A stretch of DNA of 64,000 bases from Dehalococcoidales bacterium (GTDB lineage Bacteria; Chloroflexota; Dehalococcoidia; Dehalococcoidales; UBA5627): the NCBI GenBank assembly GCA_041656115.1, contig JBBAED010000001.1, positions 98,873 through 162,872 of the forward strand, written 5' to 3'. Below the pieces are notes generated by a model. That model saw nothing but the letters and a program-made list of their open reading frames with translations, ran no database searches and had not been told where the DNA came from. Positions 47,745 through 58,723 of the stretch are shown one piece after another (positions within the stretch are counted from its first letter, which is position 1; each line of letters opens with the position of its first letter). A program made the position numbers and the translations under genes.

Positions 47745-48292
47745 CTCATCTCACTTTGCTGTTTTGGTTCGTCTAAAACACAAATGTCGGGCAGGTTGCG
47801 AAACTTCTGATTAAGATCAAGCCCGTATCCGACAATAAATTTGTCAGGGACACTAAATCCAAGATAATCTATATCTACGGCGCATGTGCGCCGTGACGGT
47901 TTATTTGTTAAAGCGCACACTCTTACCGAGGCAGCCTGTTGTTCTTCCAGCATATCTTTTAGGAATTTAACGGTTAACCCGCTGTCCACAATATCTTCCA
48001 CTATTAGCACATGCCTGTTTTTAACTTCAAAAGAAATATCTTGTACGATGTTAATTTTCCCGGAACTCTTTGTGTCCTCGTTGTAACTGGAAAGCCTGAC
48101 AAACTCTATTTCCAGCGGAAAGTCCAATTGCCGGGCTAAATCTGCCATAAAGATAAAAGACCCTTTGAGAACCGACACAAAGAGCGGGTTTTTGTCTTCA
48201 TAATCCTGCTTTATAACTTGCGCTAACTGCCTGACTTTGAAGTCTATTTCGTTTCTGCCGTACAGAACGGTTAGGTTTTCTTTGAAGCTCAT
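47741..48292 (-). CDS. hpt: Hypoxanthine(-guanine) phosphoribosyltransferase
   Basis: PRPP motif VLIVEDIVDSGLT and DFIVGYGLD-type C-terminus (KFIVGYGLD). Start set at MSFKENL (48292). ATGA overlap with ade. Confidence 0.9.
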   Translation of the reverse strand: MSFKENLTVLYGRNEIDFKVRQLAQVIKQDYEDKNPLFVSVLKGSFIFMADLARQLDFPLEIEFVRLSSYNEDTKSSGKINIVQDISFEVKNRHVLIVEDIVDSGLTVKFLKDMLEEQQAASVRVCALTNKPSRRTCAVDIDYLGFSVPDKFIVGYGLDLNQKFRNLPDICVLDEPKQQSEMR

Positions 48293-48450
48293 ATTAACTG
48301 AGATTATAAACCCTGTTTTTGGTATTGTCCACACGCCGAATCCGGATTTTAAAAATTAAGGCGCAAGTTCTTTTGTTTTTAGAAAAACTTCATAATTCGG
48401 GGTATAATAAGCCGCCGGGTTTATAAAACAAGCGGAAAGGAAATCTTAAA

Positions 48451-49212
48451 ATGGATAAGCCTATGTTGGGAATTATTACACCGATGGAGGATGAATTCCG
48501 TTTGCTTTTTGACGGGATAACAAACCCCGTGCAGTATCAATATTCGGAAATCCTGCTTGTTTCCGGGGTGCTTGGCGGTATGCCGGTTGTAATTGCCAAA
48601 AGCGGCATGGGTAAGGTTAACGCGGCACTTGCCGCCCAGATTATGATTGACCGCTTTAATATTGAGAGGCTTGTAATGCTTGGTGTGGGTGGTGTGCTTA
48701 ACAGTGAACTTAACATTGGTGATGTTGTCGTTTCCCAAGATGTTCTCTATCATGACTTTGATGCCGTCGGGATGGGTTTTAAACCGGCGGAAATTCCTTA
48801 TTTTGGCAAGAGCATCTTTAATGCGGATAAGGCACTGATAGAGTCGGCACTTTATGCTTCGACAGAGGCATTATCCAAACTGCAGGGTAAGTACCCGGCA
48901 ATGCTAAAACTGAATGAATGTCAGCCCAAAGCGGTTCTCGGCAGGATTCTTACCGGTGATCAGTTTATTGCCGGAGTTGAGAAAAAAGAACAACTTATTG
49001 CATCATTCGGCGGGGATTGCGTTGAAATGGAAGGGGCGGCGGTTGCTCATACGGCCTATGTTAACGGGAAACAGTTTGTTATTGTCAGGGCCCTTTCGGA
49101 TGAGTGCGGAAGTGATGCGGAAATAGATTTCTACGAATATTTAAAAACAATCGCCCCGCATCTGCTGTTTGAAATTGCGGTGTGCATGATTGACCGTTTG
49201 CGTAACGAATAA
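48451..49212 (+). CDS. mtnN: 5'-methylthioadenosine/S-adenosylhomocysteine nucleosidase
   Basis: GIITPMEDE, AKSGMGKVNAA, VEMEGAAVAH and VRALSD motifs. Confidence 0.88.
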   Translation: MDKPMLGIITPMEDEFRLLFDGITNPVQYQYSEILLVSGVLGGMPVVIAKSGMGKVNAALAAQIMIDRFNIERLVMLGVGGVLNSELNIGDVVVSQDVLYHDFDAVGMGFKPAEIPYFGKSIFNADKALIESALYASTEALSKLQGKYPAMLKLNECQPKAVLGRILTGDQFIAGVEKKEQLIASFGGDCVEMEGAAVAHTAYVNGKQFVIVRALSDECGSDAEIDFYEYLKTIAPHLLFEIAVCMIDRLRNE

Positions 49213-49260
49213 AAATAACGGCGCCAATCTTATTTGCGTACTTACATTTTTACTTCTAAG

Positions 49261-49914
49261 CTATTCGTCTGCTTGCTGGCTTTTCCTGTCCAGCATTGCT
49301 TTAAACAGTTTCAGGCGTGTTTTTTCTTCTCTGTTGCGTTCTTCAAACTTCATTGAAAGGAACTTAATAGTTTCTTCAAGGTTGGGGATTATAATATTAT
49401 CAAGGGCGTTAACGACGCGCTTAATCTGGTTTATCTCATGCCCCAGCGTATCCATGGTGCTTTGTAATTCGGCGAGTGCCACCAGCGTTTCCAGGCATTT
49501 TTTGAATTGGTCGGTGGTTTTATCCAAAACAGCGGAGGTATCTGTCATGCTGTAACTGTAACTGCCGTAATCAATCCCGTTTAGTTCAAGTGAGGGTACT
49601 CTGGTTCCGGCGATGTAACGGCAGCCTGTTGTTAGCGAAAGGTTACTGTTTGCGGTTGAGGCAATAAATTCTTTTTCAAGGGCGGTATAGCCGTTAAAAC
49701 CGGCCGAAACCGAAAGCATTTTATATGCCAGCGGAAATTCATCAATCATTCTTTTCCGAACTTCAACGGTTTCGCGAACGGTTTGCAGAAATTCAAGCAT
49801 TAAAATAGATAAACGGTCCTTAATAATCCGCTTAATCCTTTTTGCCAGTACATATCTTCTTTTTAGGCGGATAAGTTCAATTTTTGTCGGTCTTACCGTA
49901 AGAATTTGCGCCAT
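49261..49914 (-). CDS. ntpD: V/A-type ATPase subunit D
   Basis: VRPTKIELIRLKRRYVLAKR N-terminus, long coiled-coil. Last gene of the operon. Confidence 0.88.
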   Translation of the reverse strand: MAQILTVRPTKIELIRLKRRYVLAKRIKRIIKDRLSILMLEFLQTVRETVEVRKRMIDEFPLAYKMLSVSAGFNGYTALEKEFIASTANSNLSLTTGCRYIAGTRVPSLELNGIDYGSYSYSMTDTSAVLDKTTDQFKKCLETLVALAELQSTMDTLGHEINQIKRVVNALDNIIIPNLEETIKFLSMKFEERNREEKTRLKLFKAMLDRKSQQADE

Positions 49915-49929
49915 AATACTGTTTTATCC

Positions 49930-51327
49930 TTACTGTGCGTACTTGGGCAGGTATTTCTTAATCAATCTTTCATTAATCAGTTTTAAGTCTTCCTCGGGTA
50001 ATATCGAGAAAAGGTTCCATCCGGTGTTAAGTGTATCAATTACGCTTCTTTTTTCCTGTTTGCCTTGGGTAATAAATTCTTTTTCAAACCTCTCGGCAAA
50101 TGATAAGTAAACCTTATCGCGTTCGCTAAGGGCTTCCGTGCCGATAATCGTTGAAATTTCCCTGAGGTTATTGCCCTCGGCATAGGCGGCGTAAAGCTGC
50201 ATAAATACGTTGTTGTGGTCTTCGCGTGTTTTACCGGCGCCGATTCCTTCTTTCATCATGCGCGAAAGAGATAAGAACACATCAATCGGCGGATAAACGC
50301 CCTTTCTTTCTAAGGCTCTTGATATTACGATTTGCCCTTCGGTGATATAACCCGTAAGGTCGGGGATGGGGTGCGTGATATCGTCATCGGGCATGGTTAA
50401 AATCGGCAGCATGGTAACCGAACCCTTTCGGCCGATAATTCGGCCGGCTCGTTCGTAAATGCTGGATAAATCCGTGTACATATAGCCGGGGTAACCGCGG
50501 CGCGATGGAATTTCTTCACGCATCGCCGAAAGCTCGCGCAGCGCTTCGCAATAGTTGGTCATATCGGTTAAGATTACCAAAATATGCATATCATGTTCCC
50601 AAGCCAAATATTCAGCAGCGGTAAGCGCCATTCTCGGGGTTGAGATACGTTCCACGACCGGGTCCGAAGCGGTGTTAATAAAGGCAACCGTTCTTTCCCT
50701 TGCGCCGGTGGCATCAAGGTTTTTAATAAAATAGGCTGCATCATCGTAGCTGATACCGATTGCGCCAAAGACGATGCCGAATTTTTCGTCGGTACCGCTT
50801 ACGGTAGCCTGGCGCATAATTTGGGTAACAATCTGATTATGAGGCAAGCCCGAGCCGCTAAAAACAGGCAGTTTCTGACCCCTTACCAGAGCGTTGAGCC
50901 CGTCAATGGCGGATATGCCGGTTTCAATAAATTCTGACGGAGGCTGTCGGCTGGCAGGGTTAATCGGCATTCCGTTAATATCGAGATAACCTTGCGGCAC
51001 AACCGCCGGGATATCGTCAATCGGTTCGCCCATACCGTTAAATATGCGCCCGAGAATATCCGGCGAAACTCGAAGGCGCAGCGTTTCGCCGCTGCTGCGT
51101 AGGGTGCATCTGGCAAGGTCAACCTCGCTGACACCCCCGAAAACCTGGATAACGGTGGCATCTTTACTGACATCAATCGCTTGCCCCGTTCGTATTTCTC
51201 CGTTAGCGAGTTTTACGCTAACGATTTCCCCGTATTTGATATTGGGAATGCTTGCCGCAACGATTAAAGAACCCTTAGCGCGGGTTATATCTTTTGTTTC
51301 TCTGATATATGTTGAATCTTGTGACAT
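49930..51327 (-). CDS. ntpB: V/A-type ATPase subunit B
   Basis: 465 aa non-catalytic subunit ([39 protein letters not shown]). Confidence 0.95.
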   Translation of the reverse strand: MSQDSTYIRETKDITRAKGSLIVAASIPNIKYGEIVSVKLANGEIRTGQAIDVSKDATVIQVFGGVSEVDLARCTLRSSGETLRLRVSPDILGRIFNGMGEPIDDIPAVVPQGYLDINGMPINPASRQPPSEFIETGISAIDGLNALVRGQKLPVFSGSGLPHNQIVTQIMRQATVSGTDEKFGIVFGAIGISYDDAAYFIKNLDATGARERTVAFINTASDPVVERISTPRMALTAAEYLAWEHDMHILVILTDMTNYCEALRELSAMREEIPSRRGYPGYMYTDLSSIYERAGRIIGRKGSVTMLPILTMPDDDITHPIPDLTGYITEGQIVISRALERKGVYPPIDVFLSLSRMMKEGIGAGKTREDHNNVFMQLYAAYAEGNNLREISTIIGTEALSERDKVYLSFAERFEKEFITQGKQEKRSVIDTLNTGWNLFSILPEEDLKLINERLIKKYLPKYAQ

Positions 51328-51328
51328 T

Positions 51329-53077
51329 TTATACTCCCTTTACCAACGCCAGGTCGGATTCCATTTCACTCCACAAAACGCCGAGCCTTTCCTCAAACTC
51401 CTCGTTGGGGATATCTTTCATACGGGCGATTTTGTAGATTAAAGGCGAATTACGCAGTTCTGCAACCTTAATTTCCTCATTGGAAATCTTATTTCTGGCA
51501 AGTTCGTTAAACTTAATAATCGTTTTAAGCATCATATGGGCCCGTTTGGGCAAGCAGTAAGTATCAATTTCATTATAGGCACTCTGCTGAAGGAAATCTT
51601 CGCGAATCATTTTGGTTGTCAGGAGTGTCATTTTATCGCTTTCGGGCAGTGATTCGGGGCCTACAAGCTTAACAATTTCTTCAAGGTCGGCTTCTTGCTG
51701 CAGTAATTGCAGCGCTTCACTGCGAATTTCCGCCCAGTTCGGATCGATATCCGCCCACCACTCCCGCACCGAATCGGCATACAGGCTATAACTGGAGAGC
51801 CAGTTGATAGCCGGGAAATGGCGCTTGTTCGCCAGTGATACATCAAGGGAGTAGAGCGCCTGAACGATACGCAATGTATTTTGGGTTACCGGTTCGCTAA
51901 AATCGGCTCCGGGGGGGCTTACGGCGCCAACCACGGTTACCGAGCCCTGTCTTTCGGGACCGCCGACACACTGTATGAGACCGGCTCGCTCATAGAAGGA
52001 AGAGAGCCTTGAGCCGAGATAGGCCGGAAAGCCTTCTTCACCCGGCATTTCCTCTAAACGTCCGCCGATTTCACGCATGGCTTCCGCCCAGCGTGATGTG
52101 GAATCCGCTACAAGCAGTACGTCGTAGCCCATATCGCGGTAGTATTCCGCCATAGTAATACCGACATAAATACTTGCCTCACGCGCCACCACCGGCATGT
52201 TGGATGTATTGGCGATAAAAACCTCTTTTTCCTGTAACATCCTGCCGCTGTTGGGTTCTTTTAATTCCTTAAAACTGTAAAGGACATCGGCCATTTCATT
52301 ACCGCGTTCACCGCAGCCGACATAAATATTAAGTTGGGTTTGAGACCAGCGCGCCAGCTGTTGCAGGGTTACTGTTTTGCCGGTACCGAACCCGCCGGGA
52401 ACACAGGCCTTGCCGCCGAGCGCCAGAGGGAACATATAATCCATAATGCGCATACCGGTAACCAAGAGCTTGGTCGGGTCATATCTGGTAATGTAGGGGC
52501 GCGGTTTTCTTACCGGCCAGCGATGAATCATGGGAATTTCCAGGATTTTACCGTCTTGTTCGATTTTTACTACCGGTTCTTCGATTGTAAATTCGCCTTT
52601 GCCAATACTTTTAACGGTCCCGCGGATACCGTGCGGAATCATAACTTTATGGTCAATCAAATGGGTTTCGGGAACAATACCGATGATATCGCCCGGTTTT
52701 ACTTCGGCGCCGATACTAACGGTCGGCGTAAAATCCCACTTTTTCTCACGGGATAATGCGGCCGCTTTAACGCCCCTGCGTAAAAAGGAGCCCTCTTCCA
52801 TCATAACGGACAGGGAGTTTTGCAGCCCGTCGTAAATTGAGCCGACAATACCGGGCCCCAGTTCGACCGTTAAAATGGCACCTGTCGGCCTTACTATTTC
52901 TCCGACACCGATGCCCTCGGTTCCCTCATGAGCCTGAATTACGGCTTTATCGCCGACAAGCCCGATTACTTCGCCGACAATTCCTTCTTCACCTATTTCA
53001 ACAATTTCATATACCTGTGCCCCGGTCATTCCTTCGGCAATGACTACGGGCCCCGATACTCTCCACGTTTTTCCCAT
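51329..53077 (-). CDS. ntpA: V/A-type ATPase catalytic subunit A
   Basis: Walker [11 protein letters not shown], Walker [14 protein letters not shown], and the non-homologous insertion typical of A subunits. Confidence 0.95.
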   Translation of the reverse strand: MGKTWRVSGPVVIAEGMTGAQVYEIVEIGEEGIVGEVIGLVGDKAVIQAHEGTEGIGVGEIVRPTGAILTVELGPGIVGSIYDGLQNSLSVMMEEGSFLRRGVKAAALSREKKWDFTPTVSIGAEVKPGDIIGIVPETHLIDHKVMIPHGIRGTVKSIGKGEFTIEEPVVKIEQDGKILEIPMIHRWPVRKPRPYITRYDPTKLLVTGMRIMDYMFPLALGGKACVPGGFGTGKTVTLQQLARWSQTQLNIYVGCGERGNEMADVLYSFKELKEPNSGRMLQEKEVFIANTSNMPVVAREASIYVGITMAEYYRDMGYDVLLVADSTSRWAEAMREIGGRLEEMPGEEGFPAYLGSRLSSFYERAGLIQCVGGPERQGSVTVVGAVSPPGADFSEPVTQNTLRIVQALYSLDVSLANKRHFPAINWLSSYSLYADSVREWWADIDPNWAEIRSEALQLLQQEADLEEIVKLVGPESLPESDKMTLLTTKMIREDFLQQSAYNEIDTYCLPKRAHMMLKTIIKFNELARNKISNEEIKVAELRNSPLIYKIARMKDIPNEEFEERLGVLWSEMESDLALVKGV

Positions 53078-53106
53078 TTTATACAGACTACCTCCCCAAA
53101 AGATAC

Positions 53107-53460
53107 CTATATTTCGATATCAAATCCGGTAAACTTTCTGACATAATCCTTATAATATTTGTTTACGTCTTCGGTGTGTTCGCCGCGCTTCGACGGCACT
53201 TCAATAATTACCGGCGTCAGAATTTTGTTATCCCGTTGTTTTTCAATCAGATCCCGAACAAATTCGGTATAAGTTTCCTGAATCGCAATTACACCGACCT
53301 TCGGGTCTTCCAAAAAATTCAAAAAAGATGTGCGAACCTCTTCTTTAGGCGGGGAATCGTTTTCCGGTACTACATAATAACGCCTAACCCCGGCAAGGCG
53401 CAGTCCGCTCACCAAATCCTTGTCTCCGATTACCGCTATTTCCAAACCTATATCGGACAT
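53107..53460 (-). CDS. ntpF: V/A-type ATPase subunit F
   Basis: 117 aa with IAVIGDKDLVSGLRLAGV. Position between C and A. Confidence 0.85.
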   Translation of the reverse strand: MSDIGLEIAVIGDKDLVSGLRLAGVRRYYVVPENDSPPKEEVRTSFLNFLEDPKVGVIAIQETYTEFVRDLIEKQRDNKILTPVIIEVPSKRGEHTEDVNKYYKDYVRKFTGFDIEI

Positions 53461-54500
53461 TATCCCACCGTTACCAAGTAATCTTTAATATTTTCCAAAG
53501 GAATGCCGTCAAATACCGCTTTATAAATAATGCGGACATTACGCATTTCCGTTTCCTTAACATAGAGATACCAAACGACATCAGACGCTGTCATAACACC
53601 GGATGATAAAATATCTTTTAAAAACGCAAAGCTCTTTTTTTCAAAAAAGACATCAATTGCGGCAACGTCTTCGTCTTTATTAAATTCGGTAATTATTTCC
53701 TCAATCAGCGGCTTATATTGCGTGCCTTCCAGTTTAGCCGGTAACTCGTTCAGTTTAAGCGACAACATTTCGTTTGCCGCCGATTTGGATATCAGATACC
53801 CGCCCCCGATTGTTTTATCGGCTGTGTCGCTAACAGTGCGGGCAACGATTTTTCTTATAACCGTCTTGAGTACCTTTAAATCGGCCATTGCGCCGAATAC
53901 CCCGGCTAATTTATAACCGCCGTCAATACTTCCCGAAATGGCTAACAGTTCGCTGTAATAAGCCTCGCTAAAGGCGATTTCTATTTCGTTTAAAGCCTCT
54001 TTTTTGTCGAGTGTTTCGTAGTTTTTCAAAATACCGGCATAGCTTAAAAGGTTAGCGTCAACCAAAATATCAACAACCTGCGATAAATCTTTGGCGCTTT
54101 CAAGTTCGGGCAGAAATCCGCCCCAATTCATAACCCCCGCAGGAATCAGCGGAATCTTTTGCCCTGTTTTTAAGGCGCGCAAAACACCGTTGATATTCAT
54201 AAGGTCATACTTCGTAACATAAGCCTGCAAAAGCATTTTGATTTCATTGGGGACGGAGTTAAACCAGTAAATGCGCTCGACGGATTTATTAAAATACGCC
54301 CATAATTGTCGGTCCGCCTCGTCAAAATCGGCCGGCGAAACCCCTGCCAGATATTCCCCGATTTCGGTATCGCTAAGGGCGTCCGCAATATCCTGAACAC
54401 GCGCAAGCCTCGCTGTTTCCGGTATCGGTCGATAGACGGCTGTTCCGGACTCCGCGCTTTTAAGAAAAGCAGCTATAAATGCGTATTCACCACTTACCAT
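53460..54500 (-). CDS. ntpC: V/A-type ATPase subunit C (d)
   Basis: 346 aa all-helical protein. The call rests on operon position and the C-terminal EMRNVRIIYK motif. Confidence 0.8.
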   Translation of the reverse strand: MVSGEYAFIAAFLKSAESGTAVYRPIPETARLARVQDIADALSDTEIGEYLAGVSPADFDEADRQLWAYFNKSVERIYWFNSVPNEIKMLLQAYVTKYDLMNINGVLRALKTGQKIPLIPAGVMNWGGFLPELESAKDLSQVVDILVDANLLSYAGILKNYETLDKKEALNEIEIAFSEAYYSELLAISGSIDGGYKLAGVFGAMADLKVLKTVIRKIVARTVSDTADKTIGGGYLISKSAANEMLSLKLNELPAKLEGTQYKPLIEEIITEFNKDEDVAAIDVFFEKKSFAFLKDILSSGVMTASDVVWYLYVKETEMRNVRIIYKAVFDGIPLENIKDYLVTVG

Positions 54501-54513
54501 TTTTTAGCTCCGA

Positions 54514-55095
54514 TTATTCCAATAAATCCTTGCTTATTTGAGGGAGAATTGTCGGCATTAGCATTCCAAGCCGAGCATCATAGGTATTATCAATCAGGTT
54601 TCTCCCGTCCAAGCTTTCAATTTTTATCCCGCCCAAGCAGTCGCAGGTTCTAATCTCTTTGACTTTGCCCTCAAGTTCTTTATCTTCGGCGACAAGCTGT
54701 TTGGCAATAGGGGCGTCACTTTCTTTAACATAAAGAATTACGCTATCCGTTCCCATCTCTTTGGCGGCGTTTTTTGCAAGCAGACGGAAGTTTGCCGAAT
54801 CCGGCTTTAAACCGGATAGGTTCTCTTTAATTTTGCTTATTATCAAATCAATGGCTTTGGCTTTGGCAATCGATAATTCTTTGCGCACTTCAATTGCCGC
54901 ATTAGCCTTAATCAAAGCCGCTTCCGTTTCAGCTTCGGCGATAATCGCATTTCTTGCTTCTTCAAACGCCAATTGTCGTTTTTTGGCGGCAATTGCCCGT
55001 TTTTCGGCCGCTTTTAATTCGGCGCCGCTTACTATCTCTTTAGCCTCAAGCCGAGCCTTTTCCAGAATTGTTTTGCTGATATTGTCGATTGACAT
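54514..55095 (-). CDS. ntpE: V/A-type ATPase subunit E
   Basis: 193 aa with an Ala/Glu/Lys-rich N-terminal helix and a globular C-terminus. Operon position supports the call. Confidence 0.8.
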   Translation of the reverse strand: MSIDNISKTILEKARLEAKEIVSGAELKAAEKRAIAAKKRQLAFEEARNAIIAEAETEAALIKANAAIEVRKELSIAKAKAIDLIISKIKENLSGLKPDSANFRLLAKNAAKEMGTDSVILYVKESDAPIAKQLVAEDKELEGKVKEIRTCDCLGGIKIESLDGRNLIDNTYDARLGMLMPTILPQISKDLLE

Positions 55096-55105
55096 AATCT
55101 TCTTC

Positions 55106-55573
55106 CTATATTAAGCCTAACATGCTCAGTGTCATTATCGAAAAAACCAAACCGAGTACGCCTAAAAGTTCCACAAACACAGCCAGCATCATCGCGTTAA
55201 CCAAAATTTTGCCGCGGGTTTTAATCAGTAACGATATACCCGATGCGCAGATTTTGCCCTGATAAATGCCGGAGAAGCATTCGGCGCCTGCCGTAATAAT
55301 TCCGGCACCCAAGACAATAAGCCCGCTGCTGACGCCGGAAATAGTGGGGACAACCGAAGTAATGATAATAATCAAGACAATCAAGCCGTAGAAGGTTTGT
55401 GTCATCGGCAGCGATGCCAAAAGAATCACGTTTCTTAATTGCCCCGAATCTTCGGATAGTGTCGCCGCGCCCGATGAACCGGCAACCCCGATTCCGATAG
55501 CCGATCCTATCAAACCGCCTACCAATGCCAGTGCCCCGCCTAATGTTGCAAGAGATGCAGCATCGAATTCCAT
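55106..55573 (-). CDS. ntpK: V/A-type ATPase proteolipid subunit K (duplicated, 4 TM)
   Basis: 155 aa with four hydrophobic helices. LPMTQTFYG, SGIYQGK and FVELLG align, as I recall it, with the Enterococcus hirae NtpK Na+-site residues. Confidence 0.9.
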   Translation of the reverse strand: MEFDAASLATLGGALALVGGLIGSAIGIGVAGSSGAATLSEDSGQLRNVILLASLPMTQTFYGLIVLIIIITSVVPTISGVSSGLIVLGAGIITAGAECFSGIYQGKICASGISLLIKTRGKILVNAMMLAVFVELLGVLGLVFSIMTLSMLGLI

Positions 55574-55618
55574 TGTTTCCTCCTTAACTTGTCTGCCAAA
55601 TTATTTAGCAGAGATGTT

Positions 55619-57589
55619 TTATACGGTAACTCTTTTCTTTATTTTGAAGGGTTTGTACTGATAGCCGCCACCCTCATAAAATTTAAACAGAAACTCCACA
55701 AAGCACAGGCGCAGGGAGTGGATAAATCCGGTAATTCCGCCAAGTAAAAGGTTGATGGCATGTCCGAAGACAAAGAACAACAACCCGATTATAGCTCCGA
55801 TAACCGTGCCGACAGGCCCGCCGAATAAATCCCCGAACGTGCCGGTAAGCATATTAAATGTGGAGGCCAAGTAGAAAGTTGCCATTCCCACACCGGCTAA
55901 ACGGGCGTAGGACATCACATCTCCCAACAGCCCCGTCAGGTCAAAAATCCACATAAAAGAGCCGAGCCCGCGGTTAATGGCCAGGTTGCTGGCAATAATC
56001 AGTGCGATTCCGGCTAGCATTACATAGCTTAATATCGAATAAAGCGCGGCACTCATACCGGGGATACTGACCTTTAAGATCGAGTTAATAATTACCGGAA
56101 GGCCAAACTGGAGTAAAAATATGCCGACTTTATTAACTGCCGTCCAACGGTCTTTATTTTTTACGGCTTTTACAAGCGCGAGTGCATATCCGATATTAAC
56201 GTGTACCAAACCGATTCCCAGTGAAATAACAATAAAGGTTACCGGGTCTCCCAGCAAGTTTTTAATTGTTGTGCTTAAAGCAAAATTTTCCAAACCGAAT
56301 AAAAGGTAGACGTCTCCGAGGTATTGTCCGACCAGCAGCCCTGCGATTAAGCCCGCTCCGCAGCAGGTGTAAATAAGCCGCTGGAACGTTTTAAACTCAT
56401 CTGTTTGAGGGTCGTCAACAAATTTCGGCAGTAAAAACTTGGCAAGCAGCGCAATACCGATAGCGTAAATAACATCGCAAATCATTAACCCAAAAAAGAG
56501 CGCAAAGGAATAGCTTATAATCGGGGTTGGGTCCCACTCTTGGTATTTGGGTCTTCCAAAAAGGTTGACAATGATTTCAAAAGGACGGAATCCGCCCTTA
56601 TTTTTTAGTTTTGTCGGAGGTTCTTCCCCATCTGCGGGGTATCTGACATCCAGATAAATATTTTGGATCTTATCTTTTAGCTCGTGAACGACTGTTTCGC
56701 GGCTGTCATCCGGTACCCAGCCGGAAATCATAACCGCATATTTGGATTCAACGGCCTTTTCCAAAACCGCAAGCCGCTCTTTTTCCGAAACGAGCGCCAC
56801 ATATAACATCGAGAGCTTGGAAAAGTTGTTTTCAATTTTTTTCTTTAACTTGGCATTTAAGGAATCAACCTCATCGGTTAAGTCGGTGATATTTTTAACG
56901 GAGTTATCAATAAAGTCCTTAATCGAAATATTTTCGTTTACGGCGGGAACGTTTATTCCGCTTGCCTCGGTAATCAGTGCTTCAAAAGCGGATAAGTCTG
57001 CGGCGCTGCCGACACCGTAAATAACGGTATTATCTTCGGATATTGCAATAACGGGTTCAATAAGGTACTGCTGTATTTTTTCGCTGTACTTGCGATAAGC
57101 TTCGTTATTTAGAGAAAAAGTTCTTGCAAACAGGTATTTACCGGTATAGTGCAAATCAGACATTAAGATGTTTTGGTTTGTGCTTAAAGGGGTAACGTAA
57201 CGCACCGTTTCTTCGGTGTTTTTTAATTTTTCGGTTGCCGCAACACCGGTTTCATATAATTCTTCAAAGTCTTGATAAAGTGCGTTAACTTCTTCGGCAA
57301 ACTCGGCGTTGGTGCGGGTGTAGATGATTTCGGTGTCTTTGTCGGTGGTTATTGAGTTTGCCTTATCGGCGTAACTTAGCATTTTGGAGACGTTTGCAAG
57401 GAGGGAGTTTATATTTTCTTTTTCGTTTTCAATCAGGTTTTTGTCAACGGGGGTCAATTCATCACTGCTTTCGACATGCAGAACGCCGATTTTTTGCAGC
57501 AACCGCAACACCGTATCGCGCTCATCCTTAACGGCTAAAACCTTTAACTTTAGCATCGATTCCGGCTTGTTGACGATGATGGGTATCAC
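55619..57589 (-). CDS. ntpI: V/A-type ATPase subunit I (a)
   Basis: 656 aa with a soluble coiled N-terminal half and a polytopic C-terminal half containing YARLAGVGMA (essential Arg region). Confidence 0.9.
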   Translation of the reverse strand: MIPIIVNKPESMLKLKVLAVKDERDTVLRLLQKIGVLHVESSDELTPVDKNLIENEKENINSLLANVSKMLSYADKANSITTDKDTEIIYTRTNAEFAEEVNALYQDFEELYETGVAATEKLKNTEETVRYVTPLSTNQNILMSDLHYTGKYLFARTFSLNNEAYRKYSEKIQQYLIEPVIAISEDNTVIYGVGSAADLSAFEALITEASGINVPAVNENISIKDFIDNSVKNITDLTDEVDSLNAKLKKKIENNFSKLSMLYVALVSEKERLAVLEKAVESKYAVMISGWVPDDSRETVVHELKDKIQNIYLDVRYPADGEEPPTKLKNKGGFRPFEIIVNLFGRPKYQEWDPTPIISYSFALFFGLMICDVIYAIGIALLAKFLLPKFVDDPQTDEFKTFQRLIYTCCGAGLIAGLLVGQYLGDVYLLFGLENFALSTTIKNLLGDPVTFIVISLGIGLVHVNIGYALALVKAVKNKDRWTAVNKVGIFLLQFGLPVIINSILKVSIPGMSAALYSILSYVMLAGIALIIASNLAINRGLGSFMWIFDLTGLLGDVMSYARLAGVGMATFYLASTFNMLTGTFGDLFGGPVGTVIGAIIGLLFFVFGHAINLLLGGITGFIHSLRLCFVEFLFKFYEGGGYQYKPFKIKKRVTV

Positions 57590-57900
57590 TTAATTTGATC
57601 CCCCAGGATAATGCCGACAACCCTTTGAGCGATGTCGTTAATCTTTTGGGGCGGCAAATCGGATATGCTTTGGGCTTTTAAATTTGACTCTGCGATTTGG
57701 CGGTTCGCAAAGCTGCGCGCTTCATCAACTATCTTTTTGGCTTCCGCCCGAGCTTCGTCGAGGTTGAAATTATCTGTTTTTGTAACAGCGCTGTCTGAGT
57801 CCGCTTCGGAAATTATACGTTTAGCCTCGTATCCGGCGGATTCAAGGATTTTTTCCGCTTCATCTTCAATTGACTTCAGCTTCCCGATCATGCCTTCCAT
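57586..57900 (-). CDS. V/A-type ATPase peripheral-stalk subunit (G/H-like)
   Basis: 104 aa, single long charged helix. First gene of the operon, with a 4-nt overlap with subunit I. Confidence 0.65.
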   Translation of the reverse strand: MEGMIGKLKSIEDEAEKILESAGYEAKRIISEADSDSAVTKTDNFNLDEARAEAKKIVDEARSFANRQIAESNLKAQSISDLPPQKINDIAQRVVGIILGDQIK

Positions 57901-58166
57901 ATGTAATCCTCAATTATTCTTTAGACGTTATAAAAAACAAAAGCACCCAAACCTTTTCGGTCGGTATGCAAATTATTAACAATTTAAAGAAGGCTCTGAG
58001 TTTTAACTATTAAAGACACTAAAAAACGGTAGCGCAGCCACCGCCCTTTAGCGCCGTTATTTCTTTTCGAGAAACATAACCGGCTTGCAGCCCATTTAAG
58101 ACACCTCTTTCAGGCTAACGCCTCATAGTATAGCGAATAATTAAGTAGTTAGCAAATTAAGGATTT

Positions 58167-58191
58167 ATTGGCCGAGATTGCGAAGATTTAA
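58167..58191 (+). repeat. Direct repeat DR-L bounding the low-GC DGQHR segment
   Basis: ATTGGCCGAGATTGCGAAGATTTAA, 23/25 identical to 59931-59955. Confidence 0.8.
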
Positions 58192-58397
58192 TAGAGGATG
58201 CTTTCGATTTTGAAATATTTAAAAGAAACGGAAAGTTGATGATAAATAAGACATTTATGCTGGGAAAAGCAGTTCTGTGTTATGCGAACGATAAGAAAAG
58301 ACCTGGGTGTAATATTTATTAAATGCAATAGATTGTGCGATATTATAATCTGAGGTTGAACAAGTAAAATGGTGTTTTCTTGTAAACGAAAATCTAA

Positions 58398-58652
58398 TTA
58401 TTCAACAGTTTCTATGTTATAACCCAATGTTTCCCCTAGTATTATACATCCCTCCAGTAAATCATTATATTTATTTTCTGACAATGTTATGCCTTTTTTT
58501 GAAGGAAAGTATTCTTCTCTGTCTTTTCCCATAAAGAAGATTCGAATATCAATATATTTTGTACCTTTGTATTCATTTAGCATTATTCGAATCTGTTCCT
58601 TGGAATTCTTTTGGAATGAATGGATTAAAATCCCAAACTCTTCGCTTTCCAT
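58398..58652 (-). CDS. PC4/YdbC-like ssDNA-binding protein
   Basis: 84 aa. IRIMLNEYKGTKYIDIRIFF...PSKKGITLSENKYNDL matches the bacterial PC4 (transcriptional coactivator p15-like) pattern. Confidence 0.6.
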   Translation of the reverse strand: MESEEFGILIHSFQKNSKEQIRIMLNEYKGTKYIDIRIFFMGKDREEYFPSKKGITLSENKYNDLLEGCIILGETLGYNIETVE

Positions 58653-58723
58653 TTCACATCCTCCACATAAAACAATAGTGGGGAAACATCCCCCACTATT
58701 GTACCACTGGCTATACTGAAACT

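Noticed and set aside
57901-58166. Possible small RNA or terminator in the 500-bp noncoding stretch between the ATPase operon and the DGQHR cassette (hairpin around 58026-58058)
   Set aside because: The stem is short and interrupted (5+3 bp), and no conserved ncRNA signature is recognisable by eye. The evidence is insufficient.
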